A stretch of DNA of 64,000 nucleotides from the NCBI GenBank assembly GCA_964187785.1, contig CAXLNC010001480.1, forward strand, positions 1 to 64,000. Direction: 5' to 3'. This DNA is from Amphiscolops sp. MND2022. Taxonomy: Eukaryota. The position numbers were made by a program, and so were the translations under genes. Below are positions 48,470 through 61,021 of the stretch, piece by piece (the stretch's first letter is position 1; each line of letters opens with the position of its first letter). The notes beneath the pieces were generated by a model. It did not search any database and had not been told where the DNA came from. It worked only from the letters and a program-made list of their open reading frames with translations.

Positions 48470-51330
48470 GACCAGAACACTCCAGACCTCCAGGGTTACC
48501 TCTGTTGTCAAGCTCGGAAAGAACTAAGTCAGACTTCTGAAAAACATAGTGAGCCTGAGTTTTTCTTGATTTTTTTGTTATTATTCAATCTGGAAAAACG
48601 AAACAAGAACTCAACAGATTCATTTACTCATTTGATTAAAGGAGAGCCTGATAAACACCCAAAAACGTACTAAAGTGTACAATATGGAACAGTCGATTGC
48701 AGAAAAAACCTTCCGAAATACGATTTCAGTGAATTCGATAACAATAGTGCAATATGAGGTTTGACCGGTTTTAGGTATCTGCAAAAAATCATTTGTCAGT
48801 CACAGCCAGTGCTGTGCTGTAAGAAAAATTAGCATGTCGCATTGCTCTTCCATTGAATTGATGAAAATTACGAAACATCTTACTTCTAGCCACTCAGTCA
48901 TGAGGATTAAAACAATCAAATCACATATTCAATTAATCTTTTGAATAACCGGGCGGCGTGATAAACGCCCATATTTTGATTCAAATGAATATCATCGTTC
49001 TCAAAATGGCCCAGAGCTCTTATATCTCGAGGGCTTGTATAACAATCAGGCAATAATGCTTCCAAAAATGAATTGGTATCTGTTATTTTTTCGCGAGACA
49101 CATCATGTCTGGGAATCAGTCCGATGATGACAAGAATGCAGTGAGGGTTACGCATCAAAAGGGAATTCTTGAAATTGTTGATGCTCTGCGCAACAACAAT
49201 TGGAGCATTAGGCAGCAACCAAGGTTTTAGAGGGTGCTGACTGAGGTCATTGTTCCCACAGAATAAAACGACAGCGTCGTATGATTCAGCCAGGTCCAAA
49301 TACTTATGGAGGGAGCTAGCTCGAAGACCACTCTCTGGATACCAGTGGACGTTGCTACTGAAAAACCAGACTTTTCTGATAATCAGTCGATGACTAACGT
49401 GAACGTTCAACGAACCAACTACTTACTTTAGCCAAAGATAATCAGCCAAATATTTTTATCTTCAGCGAAAAACGGAAGACACCGTTTTAAATTTGAGTCC
49501 CCACTACAAGGACTTTGTTGCTAAAATTGAGTTCAGAAATTGTAATTTTTCTAACACGAGGAGAAACAAAAGCTCAAACTTACAAAGAATCAGCGCATGA
49601 CAACCAGCGCAAATAGGATCCAGATTTTGTAAAATTTCAAAATAAATGTTTGCTCAGACACAGCCAGCGACGTACTGCAAGCTAATGAAAACTATTGCAA
49701 ATCTGTTGTAGTTATATGTAGTGTTGTTGGTTGTTGCATTCGGAGAAACTAGTGAAGTAAAAAAACCTCCTCCTAGTGAAGTAAAAAAAAGTCAAACTTG
49801 CCTTGCATGATCATTTTTGCGACTCCGTTGAACCAGAACACTCCGGTTCATTTGATTGTTCAACAGAGGGTTAAAGGATATGAATTTATGGAGCCACATA
49901 ATTGAAGGAAGATGCATTCAAAATTAGATACAGTTTTTAGGAAATATTGAAGAAACATTGAGAAGGAAGGGTAATTACAATAAACAGATTCATTTACTCA
50001 TTTGATTAAAAAGATGGAATGATAAACACCCAAAGATATACTCAACTGTTCAATATGTAACAGTCGATTGCAGAAAAACCTCCCGATATACGATTTCCGC
50101 GACTTCGATAACAATAGTGCAAAATGTTAGACTTGGAAACTGCCGATGTTTTCGTGAAACATCAAGATTATTGCCCAGAACTAATAAAAACATTACGAAA
50201 ACAAGAGTATGGCTGACGACAAACTTCGAGGTTTGACCGGTTTTAGGTACCTGCAAAAATCTTTTGTCAGTCACAGCCAGTGCTGTGCTGTAAGAAAAAA
50301 AACAAGCATGTCGAATTCCTCTTCGATTGAATTGATGAAGATTACGAAACTAATTTACTTTTAGCCACTCAGTCATGAGGATTTAAACAACAATCAACAA
50401 ACATTTTCGATTTTTCGTTTGACCAAACGGGCGGCGTGATAAACACCCATACTCGGATGTAAATGGACATTATCATTGTCGAAATGGCCAAAAGCTCTTA
50501 TATCGCGAGAGCTAGTATAACATTTTGGCATTGTTGCTTCCAAAAAAAAAATTTTTTGTCATTTGTTCGCATGACAAATTATATCTGGGAAACAATCTTA
50601 AAACCACAAGACTACAGTAAGGATTACAATTCAATAGGGAATGTTTGAATTTTTATAGTCTGAGAGAATAATCGGCGCATCAAGAAGCAACCAAGGCTTT
50701 GCTGCGTGTTCGCTGAGGCCATTATTGCCACAGAAAATAACGACAGCGTCGTATGATTGAGCCAGGTTCAAAAACTAATAGAGGGAGCTAGCTCGAAGAC
50801 CACTCTCTGGATACGAGAGGACGTTGCTACTGAAAAACCAGACTTTTCTGATAATCAGTCGAAAACTAACATGAACATTCAGCGAACCAACTACTCACTT
50901 TAGCCAAAAACGATCAGCCAAATGTTTGTCTTCAGCGGAAAACGGAAGACATCGTTTTAAATTTGAGTCCCTAACAACAGGGACTTCTTTGCTAAAATTG
51001 AGTTCAGAAATTGTAATTTTTCTAACACGAGAAGAAACAAAAGCTCAAACTTACAAAGAATCAGCGCATGACAACCAGCGCAAATAGGATTCAGATTTTG
51101 TAAAATTTCAAAAAATATGTTGGCTCAGACACAGCCAGCGACGTACTGCAAGCTAATGAAAACTATTGCAAATCTGTTGTAGTTATATGTAGTGTTGTTG
51201 GTTGTTGCATTCGGAGAAACTAGTGAAGTAAAAAAAAACTCCATTAATCAAACTTGCCTAGCTTGATGTCGATACTTTCCGGGATTTCGTTGAACCAGAA
51301 GACTCCAGTTCATCATTGTTTGTTCAGAAG
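48470..51330. repeat. Tandem duplication (~1.4-kb units); second SGNH copy (~50400-50880) disrupted
   Basis: Matching anchors at 48612/49983 and 49735/51205; paralogous SGNH sequence with stops. Confidence 0.85.
48916..49410 (-). CDS. SGNH/GDSL-hydrolase-like protein (block I GDS not found; 5' exon uncertain)
   Basis: VVLFCGNNDL (block III GxND) and NDDIHLN (block V DxxH); possible GTAAGT...TTTTTCAG intron at the 5' end. Confidence 0.65.
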   Translation of the reverse strand: MNVHVSHRLIIRKVWFFSSNVHWYPESGLRASSLHKYLDLAESYDAVVLFCGNNDLSQHPLKPWLLPNAPIVVAQSINNFKNSLLMRNPHCILVIIGLIPRHDVSREKITDTNSFLEALLPDCYTSPRDIRALGHFENDDIHLNQNMGVYHAARLFKRLIEYVI

Positions 51331-51584
51331 AGGGTTCAAGGCGGGGAATATATTCAGCCACGTAATTGGAGGAAAATGGATTACAGTATACAAGACAGTT
51401 TTTGAGAATTAATGGCGAAACGTTGAAAAGGAAAGTATTTATAAGCTTTTTGCCAGAGCACAGCCAGTGCTGTACTCCAAGCAACAAAACACGCGAACGG
51501 TTCAAAATGGGCAAGATTTTAGTTGTAGGGAGAAATAGCGATGTGATAATATCCGGGGAATTAAAAAGCAATTAACGAAATGAC

Positions 51585-54350
51585 TCAATTATGATCGAAA
51601 CTTTCTTTCACGAGGCTTACTAGACACTTCTCCAAATTTCCAGACACTATCACCACGCGAGTTGCTAGTAGGTCTTTGTCCTGAACTAGGAAAAAATTAG
51701 ACTCCAATTGTTCAATCTCGTAGTAGAAAGACTCGGTTGATTGGACAAAGTTTTTGAGTATTTTTGTTTTGTATTTCCGACAAATGGCAGTCGGGTTTGG
51801 CATAACCGGTTCGGCAAAATCACGATGATACAGAACAACTACAACTACCACAAAGTCGCCACTTTTTGTTCTCGCTATGCACTCGCTCCAATTATCTCCG
51901 AGTCTTGAATAGGACAAAGAGCACAAAACATGTGGACCAGAAGAGAAAAAATTCCTACTCGACAGTTTGCCGGGACCACACTCCAAAAGCGCAAATCTTT
52001 TACAGTCTTCAGTAGCGATAGTGAACTTTTCGTCGTAATGTCTCTCTGAAGTTACTTGTGCGACATTTTGTTGCCGTAAAAGAAAACTATCTACCAAATG
52101 TGAAAGGCTTTTTTTCGTTCCATTGACAGAGCTCAAAAGGAAATGATTCGCCGACTCAAAAGCAAATGCCGAATTCCTCCAAAGAGGACCTTTCTGTCGA
52201 ACTTGTTCTCCGAGGTGTCGCAAAGAATGAAAGTTGAAGCTCTGCGAGTCACTGCCATATAGTTCTACAAAGTTGCTCAGAAAATCGAATAGTAGTTTTT
52301 CAGCATCTTTGATGTTGGTCTCGGATGCAACTCGCATTGATAATAGTCTAATCGCAATCGACAGCTGATTAAAAGAACGATGTAAATGATCTCGAACCAG
52401 TCCTTCGAAACAAAAGCTGCCGTAATGTAAAAGAAAGAATTTAAAATCCCTCGCTTTCCAATAGGGCAATTCGGAGAGCAGTTTCGGTTTGCAGTACAAA
52501 ATTCTTGGCTTCGTCATGTTTTTAAGTCGCTGTTCAGCTAATGGGAGGTCATGTTTGGACAGAGAGCCAACAAGTGCACTAATAATTGACTTAGCGCAAC
52601 CCAGGTGGACTTGGTGCATCGCATCGATTGGAACGTCACCAGGAATATCTATGAGATCGTCTAGGAAACAGCGCCCTTTTATTCCATTGACCACTGTTTT
52701 TGTTTCCTGGGCTGCAATAGCATCCCGCTTGAATTCTTCAGATGAACGGCAGACGAAGGGTTCCTGCAATGAGACGATAAACATACAATGCACTACCTAA
52801 TTTCCGAGTGGTCACTACTATTGTCCGCCCCGAAAAAAGATGGCACAGTGACAGAAAAAACCACTTAAGTTCCACAAAGGAATTGAAACAATTAGGGCGC
52901 TTTGTGTTTTCCACAATTGACTTACATGTACGCTTCAATCACTCGTACGTAACAATATTTTACGTTTCAACACCTCAACTATTGAATTCGCAAATTAATC
53001 GGGAAAACAAAGACAACGTTTCATTGTTGATCTCGTTTTGATTAGATTTTAAGGGAGTTATGGACGCAAAAAATACTCCGTCGGTTTCATCCGTTTTCGG
53101 GTTGCAATAGACAAACCGTCTTTCGGACCTCAACACACATGCGAGTCCCCATCCAAATTTGAACCGCCTAGTAATCAAACACTACAGCAAATTGTGATAG
53201 AATCGATTAGGTGACCCAAAAAAGGAGAAAATAAACCAAAAAACTGTTGAAAAAATATTCGTGAAAGTTTCTTCTTGGATAAAAACCAGGTAGTAGCTAT
53301 TGACGTTTGTGTAAAGTTTTCTCAAACCAAAACAAAGCCAAATTTTTTCAAACTTGCCTGGCAAGGATAGAGGTTCTATGATTTTCATGTACTCCTCGCA
53401 TGTAGCAATAGACGCAACCATAGTATCCGTTGAACTGAACGACATTCAAAGATGACGCTTTCGCTACCATGTCGCAAATGAAATCTCCTAATTTGACATC
53501 GAAATGCTTTTCCACCTTACTACAGTACACGCCATTTGTAATGTTCATTAGTTCTTTCTTAATCATCGGACCAATCGAATTGAAATCCGGTTTAGTTTTG
53601 CCTTTCCATAAGGCCACCAGGATCATATTTTCTAGAGCAGTTCGTCTAGGGCTGGGAAGATTATCAACTAAGGCCCAGAAAGGCCAGAATGTCTTTTTTG
53701 CCGATCGAAATGGAGTTGCACCGTCCGTACTGATGAACAGTGTGACTGTTGTTACATCTGCGAGAACATCGTGATTCCGTTCAATGATTCGCGATAATTG
53801 TTTCCTGATTTCTAGCACCTCGATGCCGTCGGAATCAATTTTCTTTCTGCGATAACTCAAGTTTTTGGGAACATTATTTGGCCGCGGTAAGAGTTGCTTG
53901 AAGATTTAAAAGTTCCTTTAGAGAGTTGTCAGGTAGTTTATGTCTCACAACAAAGTTAAGAAAAAGTTCTTGAAACTTGTCCACACTGATATCCGAACCT
54001 TCAAAGAGCGCAAAATGATCGGCATACGAGCTGCTATCCGACAAATTTTCAGTGGTTGTTTTGTCAGAAAACGAAAATTCCAGACTGCAAGGAAGGTGCA
54101 GTGGAGTAGAGCAGCGAAACACTTCGTGAGCAAGCTCTATTGAACTGTCTACAATTGAATTTGTATTGGAAGGTAAAGGGATATCCTCGGAAGATTCGCT
54201 GGAGTCAGCGTCATTGAAAGGCGACTCCGACGAACTGTTCCTATTAAAACTGATGAAGTTTTCTGATATCGGTTTTTATTTCTTGCCTTGGGTTGTTCCA
54301 TATCTGCCATTGATACCTGACATAGTTAGGGCTGATAAGTTCATGACATA
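51585..54350 (-). pseudogene. CACTA/Mirage/Chapaev (CMC, EnSpm-like) DDE transposase; 5' part frameshifted, last exon (394 codons) intact
   Basis: ISTDGA..FWP, LWKGKTKP, ICDMVAKA..LN..QFNGYYGCVYC, DAMH (C/D(2)H), YWKARDF, FNFHSLRHL, GPLW..SAFAFES; probable intron ~52768-53360. Confidence 0.88.
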
Positions 54351-54779
54351 GCGTTTCCAACTCATTGACACATAATTGCTCTCCCAAGTGTTTTGTCATT
54401 CTATAGATTCTATCAGAACGATTCTCATTCTCGAATCAAAACATTAAAAAAATCTTTCGAAGCGTAAAAACAGCCAGTTGAAAACGTTTGTTTACAGACT
54501 TTATTAAAACTGCTAACTATGAGAATAAATTTATAATTCAGTAGTAAATTTAACCAATTCGCAAGTTTTCAAGTTATGTTGATACTTATTTTTTACGACG
54601 CTTCTAGTGAGGATAACCATTTTCATATCTTTTTTCCTTTTAAACTTTTTACAGACCAGCCCTATATGTAGGCCTCTTCGAAGTCCGCGATTGGCTTACT
54701 GACTTCAGAGGACCAGAACGAGGAGGACAAGAAGGACCGGCAGACTTCCTGACTTTTTTAAACTCGCTTTTGACTATTC

Positions 54780-55463
54780 GACCTTTCTCACCAGTTTTCC
54801 GTGCTTCAGACCTAGTCCGAGAATTGAAAACGACGATTCTGTTTCCATGAAATTCAACATGAGGACAAAGGCAGTCTTTATTCTGATTACAAAATATTCA
54901 GGACCATAATTTACAGTTAGCTCTTCACCTATCTTAATAGCTCTCAGTGGTCTCAGAGACATTGACTCGTCCTGATTGATTGATTAAGTAACATTCGGAT
55001 AGCACGAGTGGTTCACAAAAGACAATGGCCCTAGCATTAGTTCTTCTCTCTTTCGTTGGAAGATGGAAACATTCGCATCAACAGGCAAATCACAGGACTG
55101 AGGTATTTCAGCAAGAAACCCCATTAACTCAATTTGACTGCCCATTTCAATATCTTTTTTCGAAAAAACGCCAAGATTGGTAAACTTCTCGTTCGGTAAA
55201 TAGGAAACAGGCGCAAACACGAAGTCAACCATCGCTTTTCTATAGGCATCAGACAAAGTTTCAACAAGCTCATCATTGATTGTATCATTTGAGCCTGGGG
55301 ACAAAACTTTGTGGGAAATAATATCACAGCTGTCTATCAAAGTTCTTGTGACAACTGCGTCAGCCAAAGCTAATTGCTTCCAATCACAAAAGTTCATTGA
55401 CTTCTGAAACGAGATAATCGATTTATTGGAATGAAATAAATAGCAACCTACGAACTCTAGCAC
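54780..55463 (-). pseudogene. SET-domain protein, Suv4-20-like, with stop/frameshift
   Basis: LGVFSKKDI, MLGPLSFVNHSCYPN, LRAIKIGEELTVNYGPEYF, and frameshifted post-SET NKDCLCPH. Confidence 0.85.
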
Positions 55464-56209
55464 TATTTACATGCAGCATTTGAACTTTCATTACTCTGTT
55501 GCAAGTTGATTAGTTGTTCAATAAATTTTTTTCAAACACAAATCGTCGCACGCAAACAGACGACATAGCTATTCGCAACAAATGAACTGAATTTTATCCA
55601 AACAAGGTATTAATTCTTGAACGAAAGGGAGTAAATGGATAAGAAATGAAGCGGTTTCAGAGCAGAATCAAAGGATGAATACCATTTTCTCTTAGCCCTC
55701 AAAGCCTTCGAAACTTTGATGAAAAGTAAAAGCAAAATTCCATTGTTTTTTAGCCCAACTCACATGCATGCTTGTTCAGAGTTTCTTCGAAAAATCAATT
55801 GATGAATTTAAAAACTTTTTCCGCTTCGATGAACACTGGGTTTACCTTTCTCCACGTACAACTTTTTGTTTAAAAAGCGGACATCGTTCAATCAGATGTT
55901 GTTTTAGCGTTTCACATGGCGTTAAGAGGTAGAACAAAGTCAATGGAAAAATTAATTACAAAGAATGATATTCAAGACATTGACTTCAAAATTATCTTGG
56001 CATAGAATAAGAGCATACTTGAGAACATGCCAATGCGGTAAAACCAAAACCATCAAAGAACGAAATTATATCAAGGAAACTAACGCGAAGTCATAAACAA
56101 CTCGATGTGAAGATAGCCAGTGCTATCTTCGATAAAGTATTAACATTGATCAGACTTTGAACCGATGAACATTCTCTTGTTTCTTCTTTCGTAAACAACT
56201 CAGGGAGTC

Positions 56210-58390
56210 TCGACGATGTTCACGGGAGACTTCGAAGGCCGAGCACATGGCGAGTTTCGCGCGTCCTTCATTCGGTTTTTTAACTCAGTGCCGAGTTGAT
56301 TGACACTATTGCGGCCTTTCACATAGGATCCCGGGAGGGAAGAGAACTTGTGTTCGATGCATTCTAAATAAGAAACACAAAGTTATTTTTCGAAGAAGCA
56401 TACAGTATATGAATAACGAATTTCAGTCCGATTGGAGGAAAACTGGTAATCTTGAGTTATTTGCGAGATTATTGTATTACTCAACTGATTAAAACAATGC
56501 ACAAAGTATTTTTGAACCTATCACATCCCTCAAGTTGTGATCAATTTGGTTTTTAAACCACTTGCAGTGTGAGAATAGCCAGTGCTAAACTCCGTTAAAC
56601 AGTTGAATCTAGCCAACAATCAATTTTATTTTTTCCTAATTTTAAAACACTTGTTGAGACATACCTGTAAAAAAAGCCTTACTGGTGGGTGTCAGAGGCG
56701 TTCGAGGTGCCTGCATGTCTTTTAAATCCTTCCCAGGAGACATGATGCACGTTATCAGTTCAACCTGGGACAGGAGGAATCGTGCATTGTTACGACCATA
56801 CAGTATTGGAACAACACCAAGTGAATTCATTCTCCACATACTCTCGAATGCGTAATTAAAAAAACAAGACCACACCAATAGTTCATTTTTATTGTAAAGA
56901 CTTGCTCAGGCACAGCCAGTGCTGCACTGTAAGAAAATCAGAGGCTATTCAAAGCACCTAGATGTAAGTACACCGGAAAGTTAAATTGCGCCATAAATGC
57001 ATTACTCAGCCTTTCCCGTTCTGGGGTGTTAGGCAACCCGCATGGTCGTCCTTCCTTAAAAATAATTGCTAAACTCTTGTCAAAACCTAGAGCAATATTT
57101 GCGAACCTATCATATACCTTCAAGTTATGATCAATTTTACTTTTGGACCACTTGCAGTGAGGTTAGCTAGTGCTAAGCTCCATTAAGCAGTTGAATGTTA
57201 TGTAGTTGAATTTATCCCACAATCAGTTTATTTTTCTTTAATTTTGAAACTTTTGTTAAAGTATACCTCTGAAAAGAGCCTTCCTGGTGGGCGTCATAGG
57301 CGTTCGAGGTGCCTGCATATACTCTAAATCCTTGCCAGGAGACATGATGCATGAGATTAGTTCCTCTTTAGACCAGAGGACTCGCGCAATGTTACGGCCA
57401 CCGGGGCAGGACAATAAATCTTTTCCATTGAACATTTTGCGGACGGGTTGTTCTTCCTGAGGATTTGGCGGTACGTAATTATGACGCTCCTGCATCCACG
57501 CCAACAATTGGGTTTGAGTTTTCGTCTAAATGACATCGAAAGACTTTCAAAACACAAAACTTAAGACCATGGAACTAATTTCAAATATTTGAAGACCACT
57601 TCCAGTACCAAGTCTGAACTGTGACAAGATGATCGGAGGAAATACCACATGATCAAAAGTTTCGTGCTCGGCGCAGTCAGTACTGCGCTGAAAATTATGG
57701 AATGAGACTAACTATTGAGGCAAAATCTTTGACGTTTTTACGCCAACGACTTTCGCAATTATTGTGAGCGCATCTGGACAACCTTATCTCCTCCTCTACA
57801 CGCAACATACATTGCACAAGTTGCTGCATAGTAGTATTCTAAACACAATCAAAATTGAATGGAAAAAGACCACTCGAAATTGAAAAAGAAACAATAGAAG
57901 CATACCAAAGCAGCCAAGCTAGCTGCATTAGAGTTAGTCGACTCGCCTCTATTACATGTTGAATCCAATGATATTCGCTTGGAGGGCGGTTCCAAACATT
58001 CTGATTCGCAATCAGACATATCCTGATTCTGAGAAGAGAAAACCTGATTATCAACCGTACGCTCTTTCTCTGTCACAGCAGAACCCTGACAGAGCGAAAT
58101 GTCAGATATGTTAAAGATTTCTCCTTCTTCAGCTCGCCGCATTATTCTCTCCGCCTCTTTCTCCTGGGACGAAACTTCCTCCTTGGTCCCCAAGAACCAA
58201 ATCTTCCCTTCGAAATCGCCTTTCAGACAGCGAACCATGACTTTGTCATTTTTTTGGAGACCCAAGCGCTCCACAAGATCCATATCCAGGATTGATGGAG
58301 ATCTATAATCCAGCGCTATGTACGAGTTGTCCTGCCGGAAACGGATGATGAAGGCACGATTCTGTCCCTCGAACTCTTTAAACCCCTTGT
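56210..58390 (-). CDS. Multi-exon BEN-domain-like gene, interrupted by duplicated exon modules
   Basis: Exons ~57900-58390, 57260-57510 (GRNIARVLWSKEELISCIMSPGK...TPTRKALF) and ~56210-56360 (NSVNQLGTELKNR); BEN call is pattern-based only. Confidence 0.4.
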
Positions 58391-59760
58391 TCAGTCTCTT
58401 CGAGCTAGAAAAAAAACACTTATCGCTAAGAGAACTGTTGCTGTGGAAATTATTTGCTTGAAAAAAGCTGGATATTCCAAGAAACCTCTTGGTATGTGTT
58501 CCTTAAAAGCAAACACTAGACTATATTGACTTACCGTCAAACCGTTTGCAGAGAGGATAACCAGTGTAATCTCAGGTATGTTAAGTATTACTGTTGAACA
58601 TTGAAGTAACCTTAACCAATTATCATTTTGATTGTCATCGTTGATCGCAAATACTCAATACTCAAATACATCAATTTCATTTTTAGATCACCTTGCAGCG
58701 AGGATAGCCAGTGCTAAGCTCCGTTAAGCAGTTGGATGTGGCCAACAATCATTTTAACTTTCTTAACTTTTAAACCTCTTGTTAAGACTTGCCTCTGAAA
58801 ATAACCTTTATGGTGGGTGTCATAGAGTTCGTGCTCCCTGCAGATATTCTAAATCCTTCCCAGGAGACATGATACACGTTATCAGTTCACCCATGGAGGA
58901 GAGGATTCGTGCACTATGATGACCATACTGTATTCGAACCCAACCGAGTGGAATAATTTCCAACATACCCTTGAATGCGTATTGAAAAATACTAGACCGC
59001 CCGCCCAATAAGTTGACATTCATTGTAATTGGTTGCTCAGCCACAGCCAGTGCTGCACTGTAAGCAAATCGGATGATATTCTAAGCACGTAGCTGTAATT
59101 ACACCGGGAAGTTAAAACGCGCCAAAAATGCTTTGCTCAGCCTTTCTCGTTCTGGGGTGTTAGGCACCTCGCAAGGCCGTCCTTCCTTAGAAAAAATTGC
59201 TAGACATTATCAATATTATTTTTAAATCACTTGCAGCGAGCAAAGCCAGTGGTAAGCTTCGTTAAGCAGTTGAATTTAGTCAACAATCATTTTAACTTTC
59301 ATGACTCTAAAAACTTTGTTAAGACATACCTCTGAAAAGAGCTTTTCTGGTGGGTGTCATAGAGTTCGTGCTCCCTGCAGGTATTCTAAATCCTTCCCAG
59401 GAGACATGATACACGCTATCAGTTCACCCTTGGAGGAGAGGTTTCGTGCACTATGATGACCATATTGTATTCGAACCCAACCGAGTGGAATAATTCCCAA
59501 CATACCCTTGAATGCGTAATGAAAATACTAGACCGCCCGCCCAATAGGTTGATATTCATTGTAATTGGTTGCTCAGCCACAGCCAGTGCTGCACTGTAAG
59601 CAAATCGGATGCTATTCTAAGCACGTAGCTGTAATTACACCGGGAAGTTAAAACGCGCCAAAAATGCATTGCTCACTCAGCCTTTCTCGTTCTGGGGTGT
59701 TAGGCACCTCGCAAGGCCGTCCTTCCTTAGAAAAATTGCTAGACTATTATCATAATTCAT
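56500..59760. repeat. Four ~540-600-bp modules each containing the IMSPGK exon
   Basis: AGGAGACATGAT anchor near 56735, 57336, 58862 and 59399. Confidence 0.85.
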
Positions 59761-60129
59761 AGAATTACTTGTGAACCTATCACATGCTATTTGTTTACAA
59801 CATATGGTAGCGTCTGTGCTTACAAAACTTGAGGTTTTGCCCACGCAAACCTGCAAAATTTGCGGGGACTTTGTTCTTTAATTTCCTTGATGTTGCTCCG
59901 AAGACCCGCCAAATTGTATAGAAATCCTAATAAATACCTGAAGAAATAGCATTGCATCAGGGAAATATTTTGCATTGATGATTGTATATGAAACTCCCAA
60001 AATCATGCTAAAAGTGCTTGGTAGCCTATGAAATCATGTAAAAGTTTCAAGCATGTTTAACTAGGGAAGACAAAGTCTGAAACAAAACTTGTAATTCATT
60101 GACAACACGAGGAGTTAAGAAGGACATTG

Positions 60130-60301
60130 AAAAATTTGCGAAGAAAAGTCTCACAAAACCGAAAAGGGGAGAGTCTCATAGTGCCGAAAAAGTGAGAACC
60201 TTCTGCGTCGAAAATCTTGTAAAAAAATTAGCGCAAACACCCGGGATCGAACACGAACCCTCAGGGTTGAAAAGCAAGTATCTTACCACTAGACCAACTA
60301 T
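60130..60301 (-). mobile_element. tRNA(Glu-like)-derived SINE head plus body
   Basis: A-box TGGTCTAGTGG, B-box GTTCGATCCC, TTC loop; acceptor and anticodon stems do not pair; followed by the CGGCACTATG core. Confidence 0.6.
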
Positions 60302-60665
60302 ACTACAATAGAACTAGACCAACTATACAACGCCAGAACTATGCGCCTTGCAGGCTGAAACGAGAGTTGTCGCGCGCAAAAAAGCACCCGCACTTTCCCA
60401 TAACACCTGCTTATCGCAAGTGTAACAACTGTTCTTTTTATTATACATTGATTAATTTTCTAAATGCACATCATGGCCAGCAAATAGTGGCGTCTTCAGG
60501 GGTGACCAATATGGTATGGCCATACTATGGGATTCTAGCCATACCATTATGGTATGGCAAAAAAACCGTCAATACATAATGGCCATTATGGTATCCTTAC
60601 CATTATGGCAAACAGCGTTCCATTATGGCACCATTATGGATATATTTTGCCGAGAAACTGAAAGC

Positions 60666-61021
60666 GGGGCAGGGACGTTTCGTCACCAGCCATTTGGTCG
60701 ACAAAAATTTCAGCCCATTTCGGCGACAATAATGTCGCCCAAATGTGCAGTCGACTGAATGGCCAAATATGTTCACATACCCCTAGTGCCCTAAATGCAG
60801 GAGCGAAGCGAAGCGGAGCGACGTGCCATATGGCCATGCCTCAATGTTGCTACTTGGCGAAGGCAGCGAAGCGACCGAGCCATACAACAAATATGGTAAC
60901 CTCTTCAAATATACCAGTTAGTTGATCAATTTGATCTACCCATTTGGTCGACACTTTTGTCGCCCATGTGACCGACGCCATATTGTCGCCCAAATGGCTG
61001 GTGACGAAGTGTCCCTGACCC
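60666..61021. mobile_element. MULE/Mutator-type MITE, 356 bp
   Basis: ~38-bp TIRs GGG(G/T)CAGGGAC..TTCGTCACCAGCCATTTGG.CGACA; 9-bp TSD ACTGAAAGC at 60657-60665 and 61022-61030. Confidence 0.9.

Noticed and set aside
42673-48673. Repeated 60-164-aa ORFs
   Set aside because: Chance open frames in satellite monomers, broken in variant units.
60238-60301. Functional tRNA-Glu gene
   Set aside because: A and B boxes are present but the acceptor and anticodon stems do not pair, and it runs into a dispersed-repeat body.
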